A stretch of 64,000 nt of DNA from a virus: positions 1-64,000 of the IMG/VR virus record IMGVR_UViG_3300046674_000314; one strand, written 5' to 3'. Made by a program: the position numbers and the translations under genes. Below the pieces are notes generated by a model, which was given only the letters and a program-made list of their open reading frames with translations, was not told the DNA's origin and did no database searches. This document shows, one piece after another, positions 56,336-64,000 of this stretch (position 1 is the first letter of the stretch; every line of letters begins with the position of its first letter).

Positions 56336-59323
56336 ATGCCTGATCTCAATTTCGGTGCTATGCTCGACGATGCGGCTGCGGCGGCTGGGAAGCCGTTGCA
56401 AGCCACCCCGGAAGCCTTCGTGCAACACTACGGACCGGCAGCGGATCGGGTCGCCTCGAAAACGGGCATCGACTCGAACACTATCCTTGGTCAATGGGGT
56501 CTCGAAACTGGCTGGGGCAAGTCGATCATTCCGGGCACCAATAATCTCGGCAACATCAAAGCGACCAAGGCAAGCGGCGCCGGGGTGAAAGCCGTCGATA
56601 ATCAGACTGGCTCGAATGATGCGTACCAGAAGTTCGATTCGGTTGACGATTTCGCTGATGGCTACGCGAACTTAATCAACAGCCGGTATAAGGATGCTTT
56701 GCATACCGGCACCGATGCCGAAGCCACAGCTAAGGCGCTGAAGGCGGGCGGCTATGCTGAAGACAAGGACTATATTAGCAAGGTGACGAGCGCGGCTGCG
56801 CTTGCAACCAAGGCGCGCGGCGGCTCGACCAATTATGGCGCGCTGCTGGATAGCCTTCCGCAAAACTTCCAAGACCCGAACAGCGACGTCACCGGCACGA
56901 CTGAGACTCTGCAAAAGTATCCGGGCTACCAGAACAAGCCCGAGAGTGGTGGGATCGTTAGCGGCTTCGCGGGCGGCGTAGGTGAAGGGCTTGGTAAAAC
57001 CGTGCTGGGCGCCCAAGCGCTCGCGGGCAAGGGATTGCAAGCTATCGGCGCCCAGCAAGCCGGTGACTGGCTCGTGAATGATGCGCAACAAGGAAATACG
57101 GACCTGACGCATCAAGCCGACGAGGCAGCAGGTAGCCACAATTGGGCACGGACGGCTGGTAATATCACAGGCGCGGTCGCCCCTGCGCTGGTCGCTGGCC
57201 CGGAACTGCTTCCGCAGATCGCGGTCGGTGCCGAATACGGTGCGGGTAATGCGGCACTGAACAACCAGCCAATTCTCCCGGCTACTGTCGAAGGGGCTGG
57301 ACTGGGTGCGGCGGGGGTGGTTGGCGGCAAAGCGTTGGGCGCGGCGAGTGCGGCCGTTGCACCTGTGGCTAGGCGGCTTCTCAACTCTGCGACTGGGGGT
57401 GAAAATGCGGTTGCATCTAAGCTTGCTGGGCAGCTTGGTGGCGAACTTGATTCCACGATCAATGCGCTTCGCACCAATTCAGACGAAATCATTCCCGGCA
57501 GCTTGCCGACGGCTGCTGAAGCGGCTAACAACCCGGTTATTGCGCGCGCTCAACGCCAGTATCAGAACACGGAGACGGGACAAGAAGCATTTCCGGCACG
57601 CCAAGCTTCGAATGCGCAAGCCCGTATTGATACCGGCCGTGGCGTAGTTGGTCCGGATATTGAAGGTGAAGCGGCGCAGTTCACCCAGCAGCAAGCGCAG
57701 CGCGTCGCGGCTGGTCAGAAAGAGTTGCCCCCAGTCAGCCCCGAGCAAAACGCGGTTATGCAATCACCTGCATACCAGAAGGCTATCAATCTAGCTCAGC
57801 GCGACGCGCAGAACGCAGGCGTGACTGCTTTCGAAGACGCAGCAGCCACGCGCAATGCTGGGCTGGCGAATGATCTTGAACAAGTTACCGGCACGCAAGC
57901 AGAATTGGAAGCGGCCCGCGCGGCGCGCTCGACAGAAGCGGCCCGGAACTATGGCGCAATCAGCGGAGAAGTACCGCTAGGTAATGATGCAACTGACTTG
58001 CTGGCGCGCGATGGAGTGCGTAGCGCAATTGCATCAGCCGCAAAGAATGATCGCACGCGACTTGGGCTGGCTGCACCTGATGGCCTTTCAACCATCAAGC
58101 CGAAGGTCGCGCCGGTGCTCGGCAATGATGGCGCGAACCAAGGATTCAAGGTGGTCGAACCGGGCAGCCAATCAGTCAGCGCAAAAACGCTGGTTGGCGC
58201 TAAGGCTTTGCTCTCGGACGATGCTACGCAGGCAAGCCGTCTTGGGCGCGCGAACGATTCGGATATCGCGGGCCAAGCTAAGAACGCGTTGCATAGCTTT
58301 CTGACGGACAATGTCCCGGCTTATCGCAAAGCGAACGATGCCTATATGAAGGCGTCTGAACCTATCGATCAGATGACGGCGCTTCAGAAGCGACTGACGA
58401 ACGCCGTCAATCCGCTCACCGGCGAAGTTAATCCGAAAGAACTGGTCAAGGCGCTTGCCAGCATTCAACGCGAGCAACTAAAGCCCGGGTTGCAACAGGC
58501 TGACCGGTTGACGGCTGAGAAGCTTTCAGCGCTGGAAAACGTCGCTAAGAAGGCAGCAGATTCGGTCAATAGCACGACCGGCGTCAGCGGTCAAGGGCAA
58601 GAGTTTTTGCGCAAGGCGCTTGGTGAGAACGCGAAGAAGCTGACCGGGCAACTAGACGGTGAAGCTGCGGTCAAGGCTAAGCAAGCTTTTGAGCAATACC
58701 TTGCAGAGCATTCGCCCAGCTACAAGAAGTTTCTCGACGTGCAAAGCGGCTATGGGCAAGACCTCGCGTCGCGGCAAGCGCTGTCGGAAGGATTGGATAA
58801 GTTGACCAATGTGGCCAATTCCGCTTCTGGCGTCCCGAATGTCACTTTTAATGCTGCAAAGAACACACTCGGCAAAGCTGGCTTGACTGGCGCGGCCCAA
58901 GAGTATACTGGGAATCTGCTGGCAGACTTGCAGCGCTCGACCACTGCAAATGCTCAGCTTGGTGCGGCTGGATCGCAGACGTTCGCTAATCAGGCGATTG
59001 GTTCGCATGGCTTGCTAGGTGGCTTGTTGCATGGGCATACGGGAAGCGCCGGGCTTGGTATTCTGGCTGGCGCGGGCCACCTTCCGGCTGCGGCACTCGG
59101 CGCGGTTGTGAAGAAGGCGAGTGCGGCGGCAGCGGCCAAGTCGGAGAAAGCGGCGATTGACTTGTTGCTCAATCCGAAGAAGCTGGCCGATGCACTTGAG
59201 TCATACAAGAATCAGCCGAAGGCGCGCGAAGCATTTGTTGAAGCGCTGAAGTCGAAAGCGATGAACAGCAGCGGCAAGGCTGGTCAGCGGGCAGTGCAAG
59301 CATACAATTCGAGGAACTCATAA
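56336..59323 (+). CDS. Large ejection protein with N-terminal GH73 (FlgJ-like) peptidoglycan hydrolase
   Basis: GQWGLETGWGKS, NNLGNIKA, LKAGGYAEDKDY. Confidence 0.85.
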   Translation: MPDLNFGAMLDDAAAAAGKPLQATPEAFVQHYGPAADRVASKTGIDSNTILGQWGLETGWGKSIIPGTNNLGNIKATKASGAGVKAVDNQTGSNDAYQKFDSVDDFADGYANLINSRYKDALHTGTDAEATAKALKAGGYAEDKDYISKVTSAAALATKARGGSTNYGALLDSLPQNFQDPNSDVTGTTETLQKYPGYQNKPESGGIVSGFAGGVGEGLGKTVLGAQALAGKGLQAIGAQQAGDWLVNDAQQGNTDLTHQADEAAGSHNWARTAGNITGAVAPALVAGPELLPQIAVGAEYGAGNAALNNQPILPATVEGAGLGAAGVVGGKALGAASAAVAPVARRLLNSATGGENAVASKLAGQLGGELDSTINALRTNSDEIIPGSLPTAAEAANNPVIARAQRQYQNTETGQEAFPARQASNAQARIDTGRGVVGPDIEGEAAQFTQQQAQRVAAGQKELPPVSPEQNAVMQSPAYQKAINLAQRDAQNAGVTAFEDAAATRNAGLANDLEQVTGTQAELEAARAARSTEAARNYGAISGEVPLGNDATDLLARDGVRSAIASAAKNDRTRLGLAAPDGLSTIKPKVAPVLGNDGANQGFKVVEPGSQSVSAKTLVGAKALLSDDATQASRLGRANDSDIAGQAKNALHSFLTDNVPAYRKANDAYMKASEPIDQMTALQKRLTNAVNPLTGEVNPKELVKALASIQREQLKPGLQQADRLTAEKLSALENVAKKAADSVNSTTGVSGQGQEFLRKALGENAKKLTGQLDGEAAVKAKQAFEQYLAEHSPSYKKFLDVQSGYGQDLASRQALSEGLDKLTNVANSASGVPNVTFNAAKNTLGKAGLTGAAQEYTGNLLADLQRSTTANAQLGAAGSQTFANQAIGSHGLLGGLLHGHTGSAGLGILAGAGHLPAAALGAVVKKASAAAAAKSEKAAIDLLLNPKKLADALESYKNQPKAREAFVEALKSKAMNSSGKAGQRAVQAYNSRNS

Positions 59324-60123
59324 TGCCGGTACCGTCAGTAATTACGGCGCTTTCCGAAACTCCCAGCGCGAACTCACCCGCCGGATCGGAAACCGTCGGC
59401 ACGCAGATGAACGACTATATCCAAGCGGCTATGGCGTTTATTGCGCAAGTGTATCATGGCAAGAGCGTTGCTCAAGTTCCTCTGAATATGAACGGGCAGC
59501 AGATCATCAACCTTGCAGACGGCGGCAGTGGTCAATCTGCGGCAACGGTCGCCCAGCTTAATCGCACACTCGGTGCTCCTTCTGGAACCCGAGTTGTGTT
59601 TCAGCAAGCTAGCGCGCCCGCTGGCTGGATTGTTGATGGGTCGTCCACGTTACAAGACGCGGCAGTTCGATTCAGCGCAGGTGCGGGCGGCGGCGGTTCG
59701 GTCGGCTGGAGTGCTTGGAACTTCGGCGGTACCTTCGCGGTGAGTGCACATGCAATCACGCCCGGCGAAATGCCTAGCCACAATCACTTGGACGGCGGTC
59801 ATGGTCACGGGGTCAACGACCCGGGTCATGGTCACGGTCTCTGGCTCAGCGATCCCGGCCACCAGCACAATATTACCTATCAGAGCGTGCAGGCTGGTAA
59901 TACGATCGGCGGAGTTGCCTTGCTAGGTGGCGGTGGATCGAATAAGTCAACCGACGTATCGGCAACCAATATATCTGCTGGCATTTACGGATCGGGTACC
60001 GGCATTTACTTGTCGACTGGTTATGCCAATATCGGCTATGCTGGTGGCAACCAAGCCCATAATCATACATTTACGACGCCTCAGGTTAAGTTCGCTGACG
60101 TTGTAGTCTGCGTGAAAGCATAA
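59323..60123 (+). CDS. Short tail fibre with HxH metal-binding needle
   Basis: FQQASAPAGW collar-like motif; MPSHNH, GHGHGVNDPGHGH, DPGHQH, HNH. Confidence 0.8.
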   Translation: MPVPSVITALSETPSANSPAGSETVGTQMNDYIQAAMAFIAQVYHGKSVAQVPLNMNGQQIINLADGGSGQSAATVAQLNRTLGAPSGTRVVFQQASAPAGWIVDGSSTLQDAAVRFSAGAGGGGSVGWSAWNFGGTFAVSAHAITPGEMPSHNHLDGGHGHGVNDPGHGHGLWLSDPGHQHNITYQSVQAGNTIGGVALLGGGGSNKSTDVSATNISAGIYGSGTGIYLSTGYANIGYAGGNQAHNHTFTTPQVKFADVVVCVKA

Positions 60124-60458
60124 TGAAAATACTCTGCCCCCTCATTAAAAAGCCTTGCCTCGAACATGGCTGCCAATGGTATGCCCATTTGGAAGGTATC
60201 AATCCGCAGACCGGCAAGCCAATGGATCACTGGGACTGCGCGATTAAGTGGATTCCGGTTATGATTACCGAACAAGCCCGCCAGACTCGCGGAGTGCAGG
60301 CATCGGTTGAAGACTTCCGAAATAAGTCAATCCAGCAGCAAACCGAATTGAACGAAAAGATGATGGGTGCGGCTGGCTTTATGCACATGGTCGATTCCAT
60401 CGCCAAGCGCTCACCCCAGCTTCCGGACGAGCCGATTAGCCCGCTATTGGAGGACTGA
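60123..60458 (+). CDS. Cys-rich conserved protein following the fibre
   Basis: CPLIKKPCLEHGCQWY...WDCAI; VEDFRN. Confidence 0.7.
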   Translation: MKILCPLIKKPCLEHGCQWYAHLEGINPQTGKPMDHWDCAIKWIPVMITEQARQTRGVQASVEDFRNKSIQQQTELNEKMMGAAGFMHMVDSIAKRSPQLPDEPISPLLED

Positions 60459-60769
60459 TGTACACTCATTTCCGTGGAACGACGTTCCAGTTCACAGGGC
60501 AGATGCAGGATGACGGCGTCGTTCAGGATTTGACGGACTGCATACTACTCGCATCGGTATTTGATCCGCAGGGAATCAGCAAGTATGGCGATTTGAGTGT
60601 CCTCTATGTGGACAGGCTGCTAGGTATCGTTGAGCTTCACTGCCCCGATACTTCAACTTGGCCCGTAGGCAAAGCGCGCATTGATTTCACGCTTCAGTTG
60701 GCAAACGGGGAAACTGTTGCTTCACCCCCAGACTTTTTCCGCGTTGCACAGACGCCGATGATTGGATAA
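60458..60769 (+). CDS. Small Ig/BppU-like fibre anchor protein
   Basis: RGTTF...DLT...TSTWPVG...D pattern; TGATG coupling. Confidence 0.6.
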   Translation: MYTHFRGTTFQFTGQMQDDGVVQDLTDCILLASVFDPQGISKYGDLSVLYVDRLLGIVELHCPDTSTWPVGKARIDFTLQLANGETVASPPDFFRVAQTPMIG

Positions 60770-60771
60770 CT

Positions 60772-63333
60772 ATGACTCTGCGAATCATACTGACGGATGG
60801 GGATGGGGTACAGGGTCTCGCGGGCGTCTTTGGGGCCTTTATTTCGTCATCCAACGCGCAAACAGCTGCTGATGTGCTAGCTTCGGCGGCTAATGCTGCG
60901 GCTGCGGCTAATGCTGCGGCTGCGGCTGCTGGGAGCGCGGCGTCAGCGCTCGGTAGCGCGGGCAATGCGGCCAATAGCGCTACTGCTGCGGCTGGGAGCG
61001 CTGGGAGCGCTGCAACCTCTGCCACGAATGCGCAGATATCCGAAACCAATGCAGGCAATGCGGCGGCAGCATCGCAAACTAGCGCAGATGCTTCGGCTGC
61101 AAGCGCGGCAGCGTCCCTAGTCTCGCAAAACGCGGCGGCGGGTTCGGCATCGGCTGCGGCAACGAGTGCAAGCGCGGCGGCTGGATCGGCTACCGCGGCG
61201 GCTGGTAGTGCTTCAGATGCGGCTAACTCGGCGCAGTCGATCAACGGCGAACTGGTGCTTGGAGTCGGCGCGGCTGATGTGACTCTGACGACGACTCAAG
61301 CGAACAATGGTATCTTTCGCTTCACCGGTACGCTTACTGGCAACCGAACGGTCACCTTTCCGGCGGTCCCGCATAACTTCGTCGTCCAGAATAACACAAC
61401 CGGCGCCTTTTCGCTGACCATCAAAGCGGCGGGGCAAACCCCGAGCGCGACGGTTATTCAAGGGAAAGCCTCGACGCTATTCAGCGACTCGACCGGCGTC
61501 TTCGCGACCTCGGCGGCTGCTGGTATGGCCTTCTCCGCGGTGTTCCCCTTCAGCGGAAATCAGACGTTGACTATCAGCCATTTGGGCGCGATAGTCACCC
61601 AGTCTGCCGCATCGGTAACCACATTCCCGAAGGCTAACACCTTTCCGGCTGGCTCGGGCTTCGGCTATGCGAACATCGCGGGCGCGGCTGCGGCCAGTCT
61701 GGCGCTTCAGGCTGGCGATACGGCCGACCTGACGTTCCCCTATACGACGCAGAATAACGATACCTACTTCTGGTATTCGGACGGCATCAGCAAATGGAAG
61801 CTTGGCTGGTACTCGAACAAGTTCCAACCGACTTTCGATACCGGCATTCGATTCCCTGACGGATCGATCCAGACCACGGCGACCCAAGCAACCGCTCCGG
61901 TATCGACCGTATTCTCTGTGGCTATCGGGAATACCTCGCTAGGCGCGACCTCGCTGACGACCCCCGGCTATACCGACCCGAATATCTCGATTTTCAAGAA
62001 CGGCGCGCGCCTGACAAAGAATATCGATTTCACGCTGCCCGGCGACAATATCCATGTGACGTTGCTGACGCCGGTCGCCAATCTTGATAACTTCGAAGTC
62101 CTGACTGGATCGGTCTATAATCCTTCGACCGCTTATGCGCCGTCTAGCTCGCTGAGCACGCCCACGTTCGGTGCGACCGGGATCGCTATCACCTACATTC
62201 CCGGATTCGCATTCCTGTACCGCAACGGCTCACGGCTGGTGCCGGGCGTCGATTATACCGCGGTCGATGGTGCGAACATCATATTCATTGGCTTCGCTGG
62301 CGATGGGGTGACTCAGTACGAGGTACAGCTTCTCAATCCGATCACCTACGCGAACGCCATTTCACAGAGTAATCCAGTTCTAACTGGGCCGCTGACCTTC
62401 GCGGACGGAACGATTCAGGGGACGAGTGCGCCCGGCCTAAAGAACTGGATTCTGAACGGCAACTTCATCGTATGGCAGCGCGGCAGCTCATTCGCCGCGA
62501 CCGCCGTCAGCCCGTCGACAGCCTATACGGCGGACAGATGGCAGGCGTATCGCGGCGGATATGCCGGTGGGTATGGTGTAGCTCTAATCGGCGGCATCGC
62601 TCTGGCATCTATCGGGATTCCGTTCGGATGCTCATTCCAGCGGAATAACGGCGATACTAGCACGCAGCCGATGACGATATCGCATGGCCTTGAATCGCTC
62701 GACGTCAGACAGTTGGCGGGTCGTCAGGTTACCGTCTCATGGTATGCGTTTGGTCAAAATGGGTTTAATGGTGCTGGGCAAGGATTGTCCGTGTATTATG
62801 GGACCGGGTCTGATGGCAATATACTCTCCGGTTTTACTGGGCAAACGCTGCTGACGACCAAGAATGTCACGCTCAGCAGTTCCGGTCCGATAAGCCAATG
62901 GACGCGTTACTCGCACACATTCACTATTCCTTCTAACGCCAGTCAGCTTGCGCTACTGTGGTCAGTCGCACCTTCCGGAACGGCGGGCGCTTCCGACCTT
63001 TTCGTAAATGCCGGAATGCAAATGGAATTGGGGCCGGTCGCGACGCCGTTCGAAATCCGTCCTTATGGCGAAACGCTCCTCCGGTGCCAGCGTTGGTATT
63101 CCGCAGGATCGGCAGTGCTACAGGGTTCCGGGATCGGAACGCAAATCCAGAATATGCCTTTCCGGACACAGATGCGCGCATCTGCCACCGTAACATTGAA
63201 TAGCGTCGCGTACAGTTCTGCCGCGAGCTTAAACGTCAACGGGGTGTACCCTGACTCGTGGGGCGCTCAGTATACGACGACTGGGTCGGGCGGCTATGTT
63301 GGATTCACCTACACCTGCAATGCGGAGCAATAA
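60772..63333 (+). CDS. Long tail fibre
   Basis: Ala/Ser-rich shaft, FTGTLTGN, NGxRL...D(F/Y)T repeats, C-terminal NWILNGNFIVWQRG...RCQRWY domain. Confidence 0.85.
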   Translation: MTLRIILTDGDGVQGLAGVFGAFISSSNAQTAADVLASAANAAAAANAAAAAAGSAASALGSAGNAANSATAAAGSAGSAATSATNAQISETNAGNAAAASQTSADASAASAAASLVSQNAAAGSASAAATSASAAAGSATAAAGSASDAANSAQSINGELVLGVGAADVTLTTTQANNGIFRFTGTLTGNRTVTFPAVPHNFVVQNNTTGAFSLTIKAAGQTPSATVIQGKASTLFSDSTGVFATSAAAGMAFSAVFPFSGNQTLTISHLGAIVTQSAASVTTFPKANTFPAGSGFGYANIAGAAAASLALQAGDTADLTFPYTTQNNDTYFWYSDGISKWKLGWYSNKFQPTFDTGIRFPDGSIQTTATQATAPVSTVFSVAIGNTSLGATSLTTPGYTDPNISIFKNGARLTKNIDFTLPGDNIHVTLLTPVANLDNFEVLTGSVYNPSTAYAPSSSLSTPTFGATGIAITYIPGFAFLYRNGSRLVPGVDYTAVDGANIIFIGFAGDGVTQYEVQLLNPITYANAISQSNPVLTGPLTFADGTIQGTSAPGLKNWILNGNFIVWQRGSSFAATAVSPSTAYTADRWQAYRGGYAGGYGVALIGGIALASIGIPFGCSFQRNNGDTSTQPMTISHGLESLDVRQLAGRQVTVSWYAFGQNGFNGAGQGLSVYYGTGSDGNILSGFTGQTLLTTKNVTLSSSGPISQWTRYSHTFTIPSNASQLALLWSVAPSGTAGASDLFVNAGMQMELGPVATPFEIRPYGETLLRCQRWYSAGSAVLQGSGIGTQIQNMPFRTQMRASATVTLNSVAYSSAASLNVNGVYPDSWGAQYTTTGSGGYVGFTYTCNAEQ

Positions 63334-64000
63334 ATGACAAATGCAGTTCAAACCGCAGCCGCGGCATACCTTTCCGGGCGCAACCGAATAATCAACGGCG
63401 CGTGCGATATTGCCCAGCGCGGCGCCAGCTTAACGCTGGCAACAACTGCTGGCGTTAATGCGCTGGGCTACGGTGGCCCCGACAGATTCTTTATGCAAAA
63501 CTCGGCAGGGGGATCGTTCAGTCAAAGTCAGAACGCCCTTAACGCGCTGAACATTTCATCGATCTTGCAAGCGCCCGTCTCAACGGCGGGTATCAGCTTC
63601 GCAGGGACCAACTTGTGGGCAGGAATTCGGCAACCGATCGAAGGAGTGCATTGTTACGACTTGCTTTACAAACCGATGATTGCATCCTTTCTGTTCATTG
63701 CAAAACTTCCGGGCAATTATACGTTTGCGCTTGCTGACTCTGCATTCACGCATTCATTCGTCACTTCGTTCAACTATGCAGTCGCTGATGTTGGTCAGCG
63801 AATCGTCATCCCGATCCCGCAGCCGCCCGCAGCCGCCAATATCCCGCGCAACAGCGCTGCTGGGTTGCACTATCAGATCGGCGGACTGAATCGTGGCACT
63901 TTTCAAATGGCAGCGAATCCAAACGCATGGGTCTCGGGCGCTTTCATGAGTGCAACAGGAACTGTTGACTGGAGCACATCAACCAGCAACTATATCTGCG
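63334..64000 (+). CDS. Second receptor-binding/fibre domain protein (partial)
   Basis: Manual translation MTNAVQTAAAAYLSGRNRIINGACDIAQRG...GPDRF; open to the window end. Confidence 0.75.
   Translation, partial: MTNAVQTAAAAYLSGRNRIINGACDIAQRGASLTLATTAGVNALGYGGPDRFFMQNSAGGSFSQSQNALNALNISSILQAPVSTAGISFAGTNLWAGIRQPIEGVHCYDLLYKPMIASFLFIAKLPGNYTFALADSAFTHSFVTSFNYAVADVGQRIVIPIPQPPAAANIPRNSAAGLHYQIGGLNRGTFQMAANPNAWVSGAFMSATGTVDWSTSTSNYIC

Noticed and set aside
60772-64000. Diversity-generating retroelement or invertible fibre cassette
   Set aside because: No reverse transcriptase, TR/VR pair or invertase was seen in the window.

Overview
The window is tailed-phage (Caudoviricetes) DNA, probably from a GC-rich Betaproteobacterial (Burkholderia-like) host; the host is an inference. 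It looks like two different phage arms joined at about 10.5-12.2 kb. The left arm (1 to ~10.5 kb, GC-richer) is lambdoid-like. It has SSB, ERF recombinase, a Q-like regulator, a DUF1376 initiator plus DUF6475 loader-like protein, divergent Cro/CI-like genes, an HNH-AP2 endonuclease and two long structured non-coding tracts. The right arm (~12-64 kb) has a 7-deazaguanine DNA-modification operon (queE-queC-queD-folE-dpdA, predicted preQ0) and a second recombination/replication set (SF2 helicase, Cas4-like nuclease, DUF669-like SSB, Sak4-like ATPase, primase-helicase with a repeat origin). It also has VRR-NUC and a podovirus-type morphogenesis module (TerS, TerL, portal, scaffold, capsid, glycoside-hydrolase fibre, adaptor, nozzle, ejection proteins, tail fibres). 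Five signals stand out. (i) Two tandem genes are built from short variable in-frame modules between near-identical ~40-bp DNA linkers in a fixed order, and they sit at the arm junction. (ii) An unannotated winged-helix-like domain occurs in four paralogues, one with linker-histone-like architecture directly upstream of the que operon. (iii) A repeated non-canonical promoter cassette, GTGCG-N16/17-TATAAT-AGATTCATGG. (iv) A synonymously recoded copy of the TerS N-terminus forms an upstream ORF. (v) A structured leader precedes queE. No tRNA, CRISPR array, integrase, reverse transcriptase, DNA polymerase or lysis cassette was recognised. All family calls are from motif recognition by eye, not database searches.
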